A stretch of DNA of 64,000 bases. It comes from Tricharina praecox (lineage: Eukaryota). The notes beneath the pieces are model-generated. The model ran no database searches. It saw only the letters and a list, made by a program, of their open reading frames with translations, and was not told where the DNA came from. A program made the translations under genes and the position numbers. Below, piece after piece: positions 12,700-26,467 of the stretch. Numbering within the stretch: the first letter of the stretch is position 1; each line of letters starts with the position of its first letter. The stretch spans positions 186,001-250,000 of the forward strand of contig NW_026250422.1 in NCBI RefSeq assembly GCF_024521635.1, in the 5' to 3' direction.

Positions 12700-15339
12700 A
12701 TCACTATCAAAATCCAGATCAAAGAACTGTTCCAGCTCCCTACCGACGGCCTGGACATCCGCGTCCTCCTCCTTCGCGTGGAAGTTGACCATGCGCATGC
12801 GTGCCTCCTCGTCGGCCATAAGGATCGCCTGTTTCGCTTGCGCCGCCGCCGGGTAGGTGGCGGCACAGCCGCCCAGCGCGGATAGGATTACGTTCAGGAA
12901 TTTAGAGGCTTCGTCGTCCGCTAGTGCTTCGTGCACGATGTGTCGCTTCAGCAGGATTATGGACGCGGCGGCGGTCGCAGTGTGAACGAAGGTTACCGGG
13001 AGGTAGAGGTACTCGTTGCCCCGTGAGTATTGCTTTATCAGCTTGATGATCGCCGTCACGCTAGACCAGCAGATCGCGAAGTCGGGGGTTATCGCGGGGG
13101 TACGTGTGAACTGTAGCGAGAGAGGTGGGCGGTGCAGCACGATTAGCACGGTGTGGTACATCATGCTGCGGTTACTGTTAGCCTGAAACGAGGATGGGGG
13201 GCAAGGGGAGGTATGTACTGCAAAACGAGGGTGTAAGGCTCAACATCGCTCCTCCACTCATTCCAGTGGACCTTCTTGGGGAGATTACTGAGCCAACTAG
13301 TGAGCTCCAGATGTATCTCCGTGACCCTCGCGACCATGCTGGCCTCGTCCAGTCTCTGATCGCGGATTTCAAACACGTTCGTGAGCATCTTGTGCACGAT
13401 CTTGGTCAGATCCACTGCGCACAGCAGAGTGCCCACCAGGGCCGCGCCGTCTTCGTCCTGTGGCGTCTTCTTGCCAGAGAACAGGTCGTTGATCAAACCC
13501 GGCTCGAGGATGGCGTCCACTGTTGTTGGCCAGCACGCTGGGTATTGGATCCGTTTTGTCTCGCGCACGTCGGATTCGCGCGGTGAAAGCGCGGGTGGCC
13601 GCCCAAAGTATAGGGAAATCCACCTGGATGGAAATGTGAGTAAAGATACGCACAAGTACTACACATTAGGTCAAAAAGCTTACTTGTCTGCTACGAAAGC
13701 ACCCCAATAGCAGCGTCGGCGAATCTCCCGCTCAATCGAGGATTCCTCCGAAGAATCCCAATTCCGCGGATCAAGGTGCAGCCCCATATCGTGAGCCAGT
13801 CGGAACGCCATCCCTAGAGGTCTTTAGCAGACGATGCGGACACAGAGATGTACAGAATATACCTGCAAACAACCACCCCTTCGATCCATTACCCTGCCCG
13901 ATCTCCCTCTGGCTCATGAGCAGCAGCGCCTGCAGCACCGTGATATCGGGCGAGTCCATGCCGGAGTTGTACAGCAACTCCTGGGCTCTCCGCGCAAACA
14001 ACTCGCTCCTCTGTCTCTCGGCGGCATCCTTACTGACCAGCGCAGCCATAGCACAGATGGCATACATGAGTAGGTCCGAGTAATACGGCCCATTGCCGGC
14101 GTGCAGGTCCCGCAGGAAGAACTCTCGGTAGAAGTACATGTGGTACGGATACAGTCGCAGGAAGAACAGGCTCATGAGCCGTCTACAGTCCTCGCTCTGC
14201 GGTGCCAGCAGGGAGTGCGCGTAGTCGTATTCTCCGTCCACTTGTATCGCAGCTGGTTTGTGGCACCTACGTTCCGCGGCCGGCGGAGGAGGCGTCGGGT
14301 CCACCGACGCCGTGGCGATCTGGTAACTCGTTGGTCCGTAGAACCTCGAGAGAGCTCCACGCGTCCGGATCTGCCCCGTCGTCTTCGCCAACGTGCCGGG
14401 CGAGGGATGTTGCGTTGGCGGCGGCGAAGCGCGGCCAGAAGCCGAAGGAGACGGGAGTTCCGAACGCTCCTCCACCGAACTGCCTGGTGCCCGAACCGGC
14501 GACGCGGTGGTGGTGGTGGTGGTGGCTTCGAAGTGACCGCCGCCGCCGCCGCCGCTACCACCACCACCGGGATTGTCGCCGCTCCGGAAGCCCGAGAGCA
14601 TTATGTCCCGCTCGCCCGCACTGGAGCCGGCAATGTTCCGGACAAAGCCCTCCCACCAGCTCACCAATCCTCGCAGCGCATCGACCTGGCCCTGGAGATC
14701 CTGGACTTGTTTCTCCAGGGCCTCGATCTTGACGTTGCGCGCTGCCAGGTCCAATTTCAGCGCTGTAACATATTCCTTCGGGACGGGTCTGGCGATTCAT
14801 TCGCTCGTCAACAAAAATAAATAAAAAACGACAATAACAACGACAATAACGACAACACAACAACAGCTCACAGCGGAATAGGTGGTGGACTCATACCTCT
14901 TCTTCTCCGTCACGGGATAGACACACTCCACTCCATTCACCTCGCATGTTTTGCAAGGAAGAAACCTATCACACCGCTTCTTTCCCCTCCTACACTTTTC
15001 GCATCTGCTCTCAACTCATCAGCCCATTTCCGCACCAGCCATCCAGCCAGCCCGCCAGCAAGCCATTAATCTCCATATCCCACCATATCCCTCCCTCCCG
15101 CCCGGCCGCCCACATCTCGGGCCGAGGGAGGGCGGGAGTGCGGGAGGGCGTGATGTCGGGAGGGATGGAGGGCGGGAAACAAGCAAGAGCGCTACCGTAG
15201 ACATGTGTGTAAGTACTCACCCCACCTCGAAGGGAATAACCTTCCCGTCGGCATCCGACCCCTTCGCTCTAGTGTCCGCGCCGGCGCCGGCGCTGCTGCC
15301 CACGCGTCTAGGAGTGGAACTTGTAGAGCTCTTCTTCAT
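12514..15339 (-). CDS. Zn(II)2Cys6 transcription factor with fungal-specific TF (middle homology) domain, multi-exon; 5' exon structure uncertain
   Basis: A short exon at ~14898-15004 (absent from the ORF track) reads [31 protein letters not shown] coiled coil follows ([11 protein letters not shown]), then [42 protein letters not shown]...GWLFAG, MG LHLDP, SLYFGRP and [12 protein letters not shown]. Confidence 0.88.
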
Positions 15340-15975
15340 CGCCGGTGATCTTTTATGTAGCATATGTAGAGTACGAACGGTTCTGCTTCTGCTTCTTTTT
15401 TCTTCTTTGCTTGCGCGCGCGGGTGGGAGAAACGAGATGAGATGATGATGAGTCGATCGTCAGTCGTCAGTCGTCAGTCGGCGGTCGGTCGGTCGGTCGG
15501 TCGGGGAGGGAAGGAATGACCAGACCATGGACCAGACCAGACTATCCCTTCCTTCCGCCCATCTATCCAGCGTTGCCAATCCAACTCCACTCCCTTCCGC
15601 ACCATCCATACATCCTTCCGCCCACCTAGGTATCCTTTCTCACATCCATGCATCTGATCACCTCACCCCACCAGCAAAACATCCGACGCCGGCCCCTCCC
15701 CCTCATCTTCACCCCGGCAACAACAACGCCCTGCAGCCTACCAGAATTTAGCCAGCGAGCAAGCGGAGCGGATCCACCCCCAGTTTTTTCGCGGAGGAAG
15801 CACACTGCGCGCACTTCTGCCGCCGCCAACTCCACCACCACCATCGCTGGAGGCATGAACATCAATCCTTCGTGCGCGCCCCAAAGAGGTGCGCGCCCCA
15901 GATGTGTGTCGAGAGCGTGTGTAGAGAAGGCTTCCTGATTGAGGGATTTTTTACTATGTAACAAGTATATAACAA

Positions 15976-16088
15976 GTATGATGTGTATGATGTGTATGAT
16001 GTGTATGATGTGTATGATGTGTATGATGTGTATGATGTGTATGATGTGTATGATGTGTATGATGTGTATGATGTGTATGATGTGTATG
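15976..16088. repeat. Perfect 9-bp tandem repeat (GTATGATGT) x ~12.5
   Basis: Directly visible; produces the spurious MMC and YTS repeat ORFs in the track. Confidence 0.97.
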
Positions 16089-17019
16089 CTCGGATCACTG
16101 CAGCCCTCTCTCTGCGCACGAAAGTGTAGCCTCGTCGATAGACTGTCGATACGGTAGTCGTGTAGTTACGTACCCAACTACAGTAGTTCATCCTTCTGTA
16201 TGTACCGTATGTACGTCTCCGCGTCAAAGGCGACCCACCGTGGATGACCACATAAGGCTCAAGTATCCAGCCTGCGTATCTAGCTTCCATCTGACCACCA
16301 CAATGACAGCGTGCCGATGTCTCCTCCCATCGCCGACGGGCGTTTATACCTACTGTACATACACTCCAGACCTGCCTGCCTGCTTCCCCTCCCCAACAGG
16401 ATCCACCCCACCCCTTCCAAGCCAGCCAGCCAATGGGATCGGTTACCCACAGGCGACAGGCCACCGGCCACCGGCCACAGGCTACAGCAGCCGCCCCCAG
16501 ATCTCGGTACTTGCCTTGCGCAGCCCGAGTATCACACACACATATCATACATAGCCGGCCATGCACGGCGCCGAATCAGAATGTGATGTGTGTGTGTGCA
16601 ATGTGCAATGTGCACTGAGGAGTGAGGTCTGAACAAACTTCGACTATGCTTGAGGCGAGGCGAGAGGGCTACTGCTACATACCAGGTAGGTAGTACTGGT
16701 ACTGGTACTGGTAGTTGGTCGAGCGCACATACCTTATTCTACACATACCCTGTGGTGTGCTGTGAAACATGTCCGGCTGATTATGGCTTAATTCTTCACC
16801 GGAGTCCGGACGTCATGATAGTCGACTAGGTAGGTACTCTAGTTGGAGGAATGCAGTGTGGATACGAAGCATAGGTAGATGGGAGTCTGTAGCCTGGAAA
16901 CTTGAAAGTGGGAACACGGGACTGTCCCGCCGCTTCGCGAAAGAAAGAAAAAGAAAAGAATGCTATGTACACATATTGCAGATCATCGTCCATCACCCAT
17001 CACCATCACCAACCACCAA

Positions 17020-18490
17020 TCACTTCCTCCGATGACTCCTATTCTCCCTCCTCTCCCTCTCCTGCGCCGTATCCCTGACCTCGCCACCGCCCCTCACATC
17101 TTCGCCCGCCATCTTCTTCTGACACCACAGCAGGCCATGTTCCATGTACTCCTTCCTAGTGACCGTCCTCGCCTTCATGAACTCGTCATCCAGCGCCATC
17201 CTCGCCGCGCCTAGCCAGATATACTTAACGGGGTCCTCAGGCACCGCGACTCTAACCGTCGCCTCATCCATCGCCATGGGTCTCAGCTCCAGCTCGAACC
17301 GCTCCTTGAAGCCGGGGATAGCCGCATTCCCGCCGACAAGGACGATATTCGCCAGCAGCACCGCCCTCAGCCGCTCCGGGACCATTTCCAGTGCCTGGAG
17401 CACACACTCGACCGCGCCAGCCTGCTTCAGACCCACATCCGCAGGGTTGAACAGCAGTTCCGGCACAGTAAACCGCTCATTCCCCAGGACCATGACCTGC
17501 TCCTCATCTGCGGCCGGCCCTGGTCTCGCTGAGCGCGGAAGATGGTTTCTCGCGAACCCGCCCTTCCCCGTGTTGTAGTCTGGCAGGACATAGTCGCGGA
17601 CCATATCATTTTTCGCGTCCTTGAGGCGCTTGCAGCGGTCCAGATCACGCTCGAAGTCCGTGGACACGAAGCAGACCGCCTCCTTCACCTGCGAGATCAG
17701 GTACGGCTCCTCCATCATGTTCCATGTGCGCAGCGACACCAGCTCTTTCAGGTAGTTGGTCAGAAACTTCCCGCCGATGTCGATGCGCCGTGTCGCGGAG
17801 TTCCACGGCTGCCCGAGTAAGGTTGTGTAGATGTGCGTGTGGCTGAAGCCGGAGTCGACGATCATGACCGCTTCGGCGGGTTTCGTGGGCGGTGGTAAGG
17901 CTGGCGCTCCCGAGAATAAGGCGGGTATGTCATGCCATGGTATCACACTGGGGCCTGGCTAGATGTCAGTCAGTCCGCCCGTCCGTGCGTCCATCTCCGC
18001 TTTCCCCTCCCCTCCTCCCACCCCACGCCCACCCTCCCACGCCCACCCCCAGCCAACCAACCACCAAAGGAGCACCTACGCATCTAAACAGCTCCATGAA
18101 CTCATACTCCTCAAAGACAATCTGATCTGCATTATTCTGCAGGGAGAGGGGCGCATTCGGCGCCTCCGCGAGGATCAATCTCGTATCGTGGGGATCGCAA
18201 CGTAGTTCTGGGCCATCCGCGCTATCCGACAGGAACGTATGATCCCACACCTCCTTCTGCGCCTCCCAATTGACGAGGTAGCCCTTCTCGACCGGCCGCC
18301 GGAACGACATCCCGCCAAAGTCCCGGCATGTCGACAGTTGGGTTCCAACGAGGGATCGCCGGTCGCGAGAACGCGCAATGCAGTTCGGGATTAGGTGGCA
18401 GGATGAGAGGGACGGTGTGGGCGACGAGAACCCGCACTTGAGGGTGTACGCCCCGTTGTCGATTATGAGCGTGGGTGGCGGGGCGGGCAT
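17020..18490 (-). CDS. ARP6: Actin-related protein 6 (SWR1 complex); exons 18490-18076 and 17954-17020
   Basis: TLIIDNGAYTLKCG, FRRPVEKGYLVNWEAQKEVWD, DQIVFEEYEF, IVDSGFSHTH, GGKFLTNYLKELVSLR, DYVLPDY, LGNERFTVPELLFNP, NIVLVGG; one GT-AG intron. Confidence 0.93.
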
Positions 18491-19264
18491 CGTGCTGGTG
18501 CTGGTGTGGTGCTGGTGTGGTGCTGGTGTGGGGGTGGTAACTATGGTGGTGGTGGCAGAGTGGTGGGAGGACGTGAATGCGTGCGTGCGTTGCATCTTGG
18601 CTAGGGTACCTACACGAGGCTGGTCCGTGCGTTCAAGCGAGTGAGATGCTTGAGGCTGCATATGGTCTCAAATGCCGATTGAAACAAACTTCTTCAGCGC
18701 TCGTCTGGAGGATATTTGCTATAGGCATTTCAGCAATATAAGACCATAGTAGCATCCACCTAGGAGTGTGATCGGAGTTTACCACCGATGAAACACGAGC
18801 ATCCGCCTTCTTCTCACTGTCCAATCTTCTCTCTCTTGTCACAAGAGAAAGGATAAATTCCCATATCACCCAAGACATGAGCCTACCCACGCAAGCGGTG
18901 AATAACGGAGTAATGATACAGAAGAACAACTACCCACCGATCCCAGTACAAAGTAACAGCAGAAGACGGAAAAACAACCAACCAACTCAAAACAGAAACT
19001 CCCAATCGCCCAATCGTAAGCTGCCATCACACATCACGCCGGTAGAGTGAGGCTTCAGAAGATAACGCAAGCCCCAACAAGTAACCAACTACATATACCG
19101 CAAAAACTAAACAAAAGACCCAGTGCGCAGCCGCAGCCGCGCAGAGAAAAATAAAACAGAGAGAGCGAAGAAGTTGACTACCCCGCACACCCTCCCATCG
19201 CTATCAGATCATACAAGCACAGTAGTTTCCAACAGCTGGGCTCCGGCCTAGGCAGATAACCAAG

Positions 19265-19912
19265 TCACGCCTCTGGCACGCCCTGCTGATTAAACTTTGC
19301 CCTGGCATTACCGAACAGCTCCTCCTGCTGCCTCAGCAGCTCCTCCTGGGTAAGCCCGCTCTGCTCCAGCTTCGTCTGCTTCTTTTCGCGGCTCTGTCGC
19401 AACTGCCGATCAGCCACTTTCACCCCATCCGCCCCCCCTCCCCCCTCTCCGATCACATACCTTCTGGTGTTCCTTATGTTCTCTCGCGACCTCATCGATC
19501 TGGTCGACATACTCCTCGAAGCCCAGGTCCTTGAGCGCGCGGATCACGTGCTCCGACGCGATCGTCTTCTTCGCCTCGCGCTCCGCAATGTCGTTCGCCT
19601 CCGACGAGATCAGCGTGATGAACTCGACGCAGCAGTCGATTAGGAGGTCGCGTGCGTCCTTAGCGAACGCGACGTCTGACGCGAGGATCTCGCCGATGAT
19701 CTTTTGCACGGTGGCTAGGAATAGGCGGGTGTGTTAGCTGGGTGGGGGCGGGGACGGGGCGGGTGACGGGAGAGGTAGGGTGCACACCTTTGGGCAGCGA
19801 GAGGTCGTCGGCTTTGCGGCGCATGGTTGTTAGTTTCTGTTATTGCTGTGGAGAAAGTGCGGAAGGGAAGGAGGGGGGAGTAGGCACAGCTTGTAATATC
19901 GCGATCCGACAT
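19265..19912 (-). CDS. NCB2: Negative cofactor 2 beta subunit (Dr1 histone-fold), 4 exons
   Basis: Spliced reading MSDRDITSSDDLSLPKATVQKIIGEIL...ARDLLIDCCVEFITLISSEANDIAEREAKKTIASEHVIRALKDLGF...SREKKQTKLEQSGLTQEELLRQQEELF. Confidence 0.93.
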
Positions 19913-20749
19913 CGTGAAGTTCGTAGTTGTGTGTGGGTTTGGGAAGCAAAATGCTCGGCGGAACACTCGGCGTCGGTGGTGATGGGTGATGGACGGTGGA
20001 CGGTGGCTGTAGTGATTGATGATGGTGGGGAAACGCGACTTTCGTAGTTGCGTTGGTGGGCGGCGGCGCTGTTAATGTAGGCTGGGCTGGCATGGGGCTA
20101 AATTAGCTAGCCAAGCTATCTACAAGGGTATTCAAGCGCTGATAGAACCTTGCCTGATGGGCGCTCGGGCCATATGATGATCAGTGAGACGGGCATCCAA
20201 TACTCATCACCATCTTTCGACACGGATTCGGCCATCGAAAAATTACAAGCCCACAGTCTCTATATCTCTCTCTCTCTCGCAATAATGGCAGCAGCAGCCT
20301 TCTATAACCTAGTAATAACCTGAAGAAACATCCCCAATCGCACTAATTCCAAAACAACATTAATGTATCGCCTTCATCAGTAGAGTACGGTACAGCTATG
20401 AGGTATGTATCATATCATACATGCACAATACATCTTGCACCTCCTCCTCCTCCATCTCCATCTTCTCTCTCCAAACCAAAATCATTACAACAGACTAAGA
20501 ATAATATAATACACCGCCTAGAACGAAAAAAATGAAAAATAGTCTAACTGTCTGCCCCCTCAAGCCCGAGGAGGAGGAGGCTGAATCCGAATCCGAAACA
20601 GCAAAACTTAGCACGCCGCCATTATTATTTTCCGCATAGTAAACAGATGACACATTACCACCCACAGCAACAACACCAGCAGCAGCAGCAGCCGGAACAA
20701 CAGCAACAGTAGCAGCCACAGCATCTTCGTCGTCGTTCACTTCATCTAG

Positions 20750-23700
20750 TCAGTCCTGCTCGTCATCGTCATCGTCATCGCCATTTTCCACCGGCAGGCG
20801 ATCCCTCAACCATGCCAGGACCGAATCCGTACCCTTCTCGAGCACCTGCCAACGGGGCACCTTGAAGAGGTTTCCCTGGACGCGGAGTTCGCGGAGCCCT
20901 TCGCACAGCGCCAGCCTCGGCGGCAGGCTGTGAATCGAGTTGCCCGTGAGGTCCAGCGATCGGATCCCGTCGACGCTCGCGATCGGGATCTCCGAGATCT
21001 GGTTGTCCGCCGCGTGGAAGTTGTACAGCGCCGGGAACGCCCCCCGGAGCCCCTCGATCGAGCTGATGCGGTTGGCGGATACGTCGAGCGTCTGCAGCTT
21101 GGGCGAGTCCAGATTCTGGAAGAGGAGTTCGAGGGATTGGATCCCCGCGCTGTGTAGGTTCAGCGTTTCGAGTGAGCGCAGGACGAGCTTCTGCGAGAGG
21201 TACGTCGTCGAGAGCCGGTTCTTGGAGAGGTCAAGCACGGTCAGGGACGCAAACTGATCCAAGACGGTGGGAATCGCGTTGAAAGAGTTGGCCGTCAGCA
21301 GGATCGTGTATGGCGAGCCCATAATGTTGTCGATGAGCTCCTCCGAGAGCTCTGACAGACCCTTGTTCGTAAGATCGAGCACACCGCCGCGGCCGATCTC
21401 GAGCGCCTCCGACTGAGAGCCCCGGCGCTCCTGTTCGCCGTCCATACCAGATCCCATGCCGGGGAAGCCGTGGTCGTCATCCGCTTCCGCGATAACGATC
21501 TCCGGCGGCGCCAGTCGGCCACGGAGCGTCTTCTTGAGGTCGGCAGGGCACATGCCCGCCAGCTTACGATCGGAGAGTGGGTTACCGGCAAAGTTAATAA
21601 CCTCAAGGCTCTCCATTGCGCCCAGACGGGGATCAATGGCCTTGACGTTATTGCCAGAGAAGTCCAAGGTTCGCAGCCGCCGAAGATTGTAAAGGTCGTC
21701 AGGCAACGTCGTGATCCGGTTCTGGTCGATAATGAGAACCAACAGCTCTGCGCAGCCACTGAGCGTGGGGAATGCGCTGAGCTGATTATTTGATGCAAAC
21801 AGCTGGGTCAACGCCGGAAGTGAGATGGAAGATATCGCAATCGAAGTGATATGATTCGAACCCACGTTGAGCGATTGGATCGAGTCCCATCGCTCTACGG
21901 AAGTAGGGAAGAATACATCGCTCAGCTTGTTCTGTGACACGTCCAGTTCGGTCAAAGGACAGTGCTGGAGCTCTTCCATCGGGAGCTCTGCGATCGCATT
22001 CCTGGCAATGTTGAGTACTCGTAGGTGTGAGCATCGCCCAATCGACGAGGGAAGTGCTGTGAGTTTGTTGTCATGCAATTCCATACTTTCAAGCGCCATG
22101 AGTCCAGACACCGAAGCATCCAACTCCCCCTCCAGGCTGTTTTTGGACAGCTTCAAGTCCTTTAGTGCCGAGATCTGGAAAATGATATCGAGAGCCTCGT
22201 TTCCGAGGTTGTTACCAGCCTGAAATTATGTCAGCGACCGTAGATACACACATCAAGCCTGTCCAGTAGCAACCCACCAAATTAAGCACCGTCAGTTCTG
22301 TCAGTTGCGCAAGGTTTGCTGGCATCGTCGTCAAGAGGTTATTATGCAACTGAGTCTCCGTTAGTGATGCTCGAGAATTAGACCTTAGTACATACATCGA
22401 TCACAGACAAGCCCGCAAACTGCATCGCCAATTCCTCACTGATCTCTGTGATCTCATTGTCGGCGCCAATCATCTTGGCCAAATCAACGTTCTCGTACCA
22501 CTTTGGCCCGTCGTCGTCCGTGTCCGCGAGGTCATCCTCAGTAGTCTCGTACATTTTGTACACCTCCACCGGAATCTCCTTTAGCTGCATGTTGGATATA
22601 TTGAGTCGTCCTTCAACGCGGGCGGACTTGATGCGCTGCTGCAACACCTTGGTAGAACCGCCCTCCCCAAAGATGGACTGGCCAAATGGGTCGGCAGTGC
22701 CAAAATCGAAGCCGTCAAGGCCATTGCTCGCGTCCCCGTTGGGAACAACCTGCTTGGCCATGCGGGCCTGGCGAATGGTGTCCCGTAATGACTGCGATGT
22801 CTTCTTGGGATCAATTTTCTTCGCCGCGTCAGCAGACCCTGAGGCCTTTGGCGCACGGAGTTGTCGCGGACCCGTTTGCGGCGGCTTTACTGTTCTCGTA
22901 GCTGTGGGAGTGCGAGGCGCGGTGAATCCGACGACCGGCTGTCGCCGGAGCGGAGTAGGACTGGCATCATTAGACGCACCAAGGGTTGCTAGATTCTTGC
23001 TCGTGAGCTGGGACATCGATTGCCTCTTGGACACTGTTGCCGGCTGCTTGAGCTGCGTGTTTGAGGGCCTTCGGTTCAATGGAGGTGCTGCGGCGCCATT
23101 GATGTCTGAGGTCCGTCTTCCCTTCGGTGTCAGGGAAATTCGGGGAGCCTGTAGCTGTGGAGATTGCGTGGGAGTGCTGGCGAGAGAGCCCGACGCCTTC
23201 CGGGCGATCGACGTGTTGATGCCGGCAGGCCTTGCTTGGAGGCTTGTAGACGACACTTTCCCCTTGAGGGTGTTGGTTGGTGGTGGTGTTGGTGTCGGCC
23301 CATTCGTTCCGTTTCCGTTCAAAGAGGTATTCGAGGCCATCTTCCGAGGCATTGCTTTCGCTGCTGACGAGGCTGTGGCATCAGTGAAGTTCCGATCTAA
23401 AAGCAGCAATGGAAGCTCTGGTTAGCCATGCGGGAGTCAAAGCTGCCTGTCAAAGTAATGTATTCATTCAATCAGGCGCGACTCCACCGCTGGAAAAAGA
23501 AAGGAGCAAGAATCGAAAAGTAGTGCACGGGCGTACATACCCCCTTGATCAGAGACGTTCGGAAGCCGCGAAAACGAGGCTCTCGTGGTTAATGTTGGGT
23601 TTGTTCTGGCAGACTGAACGGAGCTACCAACCGACTCTCGCGACGATTGGGAACGAAGGGAGTTGGCTGTCTGGTTGGAGAGCGTGCCCGACACCTTTCG

Positions 23701-23790
23701 AGGAATGGGCAATCTGGAAGTCCTGACCCTCGGAGGAGCAGATTGTTGCCGCTCCATCGGCGGCGGCGGCATATTCTCCGAGTCGTCCAT
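20750..23790 (-). CDS. Leucine-rich-repeat protein (LRRC40-like) with a long Ser/Pro/Thr-rich N-terminus, 4 exons
   Basis: ORFs 23464..23790, 22378..23409, 22212..22397 and 20750..22156 are joinable by GT-AG introns. ARVEGRLNISNMQLKEIPVEVY, KWYENVDLAKMIGADNEI, many LxxLxLxxNxL units, C-terminal GNLFKVPRWQVLEKGT...WLRDRLP. Confidence 0.88.
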
Positions 23791-25537
23791 ATCGAGCGTG
23801 TATCTGGCGAGCTTGGTAAGTGAAATGGGATCGTTGGGAATCCTTCTGGCAAGCTTGACTGTCTCCCTTTCGCCGCGGATGCACGAACAAGTTGCTGAAG
23901 GAACGGATGCGGATGCGGAAGTTTATATGCAGGGCAGGGAACAGGGACAGGCAACACAGAGAAGCGAAGGCCGGAGTGCAGAAGAGTAATAAATATCAGA
24001 ATAAATGAATAATCGGGATTAATATATAGGAGGCAAGATGAACTGGTTGCAGGGGGCCGGCCGCTTGGCGGGAATGCCATTCAGATCGATGGACTTCTCT
24101 GACGGAATAGTTGAATGAAGCTGCAACCACTCATTCCCTGAGCATCCGCGTCTGGGTTCTTCACGCCGGCCATTGTTCCACCAACATCTTTCAGTTCGCC
24201 AGTATGAATCGCCCCCCGATGCGCCAGATGCCGAGACGAAACATCCTCCCCCGCGTCGCCACACCCCGCCTCAGCAGTAAAGGCATCCAATCGCACATAC
24301 CGATGGGCTGTGGTGCCGTCCCCCGCCGGGCGCATGTCGACGATTGGCTTTCCACTGCTAGGGCAGTCGCTGGCGGCTGCACTTGTGTCGAGTTGACAGT
24401 CTGCGGGACCGTTGGGGCTTGCATTGCCAGATCTTGCTGTCTTCACCGGGAACTCAACCGCAAGCAATGACTGTTGCTATAGTACTCGAGGCCCCTATCC
24501 GCACGGGAAAAGACATGCGAGAAGAGCACTCCGTTGTCCTACACCGCTGGTCCCAACTACGTATCGGATGATTTTTGCACGAATAGAAGCTGGCCCGGCG
24601 ACACTCCAGAACCCTCGTTTACCATCTCATTGAGGACAACGTTGGTGGCGAGAAGGAACAGAAGCCTTGCTGATGCCCGAACAACCTTCGACTGGGCAGA
24701 ACGGAATCATCACGAGCTGCACGGCGGTCAATGCTTGTGTTCGGCCCGGATGTCGTGGTGCCCTGGCCTTACTGCTACGCAGATGTGCAGCTTTTGCGGA
24801 AGTGCGAAAACGGGCTCACTCTCGAGTCTCGGCCGCATCGTGCACCCGGAAAGAGCTGACGAAGGATTTTCGTGCATCCGCAGCGCAATCAAGATGCCCT
24901 ACCTTCATCGTAACTAATGCTCGGGTGCCGAAGCCCGGAATTTCCTCTTCCGGCCATCAGAGACCCGTTTCGGGGGACTCGAGCTCCCGTGTCCCATGCG
25001 TTTATTCTCACGATCCGAAGCGGTATAACCACTCCCAGAACCGGAATCGCAGTGGCTCCCCGCCAGCCCGCAAGTGTCGACGGCTCGTCGCAAGAGCTTT
25101 TGCAGACTTAGCCCCTGACGCTTTGACCTTCTCTTGCCGTTTTTGGTCCCCCCTGAAATCGTAATCGAACTTTGGGTTGCGTGGCTCGCCTAACTAAACA
25201 TGTGTCACGTGCGCGAAAGCTGCAAGCGCAGCCGTTCGGTTTCCATGACGACCTCCCATCGCAAGCTTGTTTACATTCTCTCCCACCCCCACCCCACCCG
25301 ACCGCACCTCCGGTTCCGGCGGATCATTTACAAACCCCCCCGAGTCGCCCTCGCCGTCGCCACTTCTCATTCAGTCTACTCGCCCTCCCGAGCGAACCGG
25401 CGGATACCCGGCGTTGCGCTGCACACGAGATCCGAGATCCCCGCCCGTCTTATCTCACTTCCTTGCGTCATCGCCTCTTCGCCGGCGACAGCAGCATGTG
25501 CGCTCACCAGCTTCCTCTCCCCACCACCGCCGCCACC

Positions 25538-26467
25538 ATGATGATCTCGCGAGCAAAAGCAACACCACACGCCCCCTCCACCTCCACTTCTGCGCACCTC
25601 CTCCCGCGCACGCCAACCCCACCATCCACATCCTCCTTCACAGCGCCGCGCACACCCTCAGGACCCTCCCCCTCCGCAGCCTTCACCTCTGCCACATCCT
25701 CCTTCACAGCACCGCACACACCTCTCTCGCCGCCACCACCGCCCGCACCCACGGTACCAGAATTCACCCCCCTCAGCCCGAGCGCCCTCTCCACCGCCTC
25801 CTCATCCACCCTCCGCACAGCGCTCTCTCAAGCGCAAAATCTCATCTCGCACCTGCGCAGCACCTCCGCCCACCAGCGTCTAGCACACTCCCTACTCCTT
25901 CTCGACACATCCGAGCTCCGCGCCCGCCACCAGGTGGAAGCTGACATCTCCGCCGCGCAGGTCTCCGTCCTCCGGCAGCAGCAGCAGCAGGTGCAGGTGC
26001 AGCAGCCAGTATCCACGCCCGATCCGGAGGTGGACATTTACAAGCGGCGACTGCGCCGGACCAAGCGGCGCCTAGCCGACTGTGTGGCCGAGAACACGGA
26101 GCTTCGGAGAAGACTTGGTGACGGCGGCGGGGGTGAAGGGTTGAAGGCGCTGGGGCTGCTGGCAAGCCGGGTATTGGAAGGCGAAACGTCAAAGTCTATG
26201 CCAATGCTGAAGCGGAGGAAGCTGGGGAGTCCGGTTGCGTTCCGCGGCGGCAGCGGGAAGCGGCGCAGGAGTCGCGACTCGACTATTAGCATCGAGGACG
26301 CCGTCGTTGAGGACCGCAGCGGCGCGCCGAATCCCAGGGAACGCGCGAAGACCGCCGCGAAGCCGCAGGGACTCGGGTTGGGCTTGGGATTGGGTCTGGG
26401 TCTGGGTCTGGCGACGCCGGTTACTCCGCAGCCGGCGAGAGTACCCGCTGCGGGTAGGGGGCTGTAA
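25538..26467 (+). CDS. Hypothetical protein with Pro/Ser/Thr-rich N-terminus and central coiled coil
   Basis: Long intronless ORF; ATG at 25538 in a gccaccATG context. Helical segments LRSTSAHQRLAHSLL...RHQVE and YKRRLRRTKRRL...ENTELRRRL, then EGLKALGLLASRVL. Confidence 0.65.
   Translation: MMISRAKATPHAPSTSTSAHLLPRTPTPPSTSSFTAPRTPSGPSPSAAFTSATSSFTAPHTPLSPPPPPAPTVPEFTPLSPSALSTASSSTLRTALSQAQNLISHLRSTSAHQRLAHSLLLLDTSELRARHQVEADISAAQVSVLRQQQQQVQVQQPVSTPDPEVDIYKRRLRRTKRRLADCVAENTELRRRLGDGGGGEGLKALGLLASRVLEGETSKSMPMLKRRKLGSPVAFRGGSGKRRRSRDSTISIEDAVVEDRSGAPNPRERAKTAAKPQGLGLGLGLGLGLGLATPVTPQPARVPAAGRGL

Noticed and set aside
15460..15506. CGG-rich tract upstream of the Zn2Cys6 gene as an autoregulatory site
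   Set aside because: Explained by simple (GGTC)n and (GTCAGTC)n microsatellites.
15862..16566. ORFs with (MMC)n or (YTS)n repeats, and a possible CRISPR-like array
   Set aside because: Translations of a perfect 9-bp tandem repeat with no spacers.
22448..23425. 325-aa plus-strand ORF
   Set aside because: Antisense to exon 2 of the LRR gene; no independent motif.
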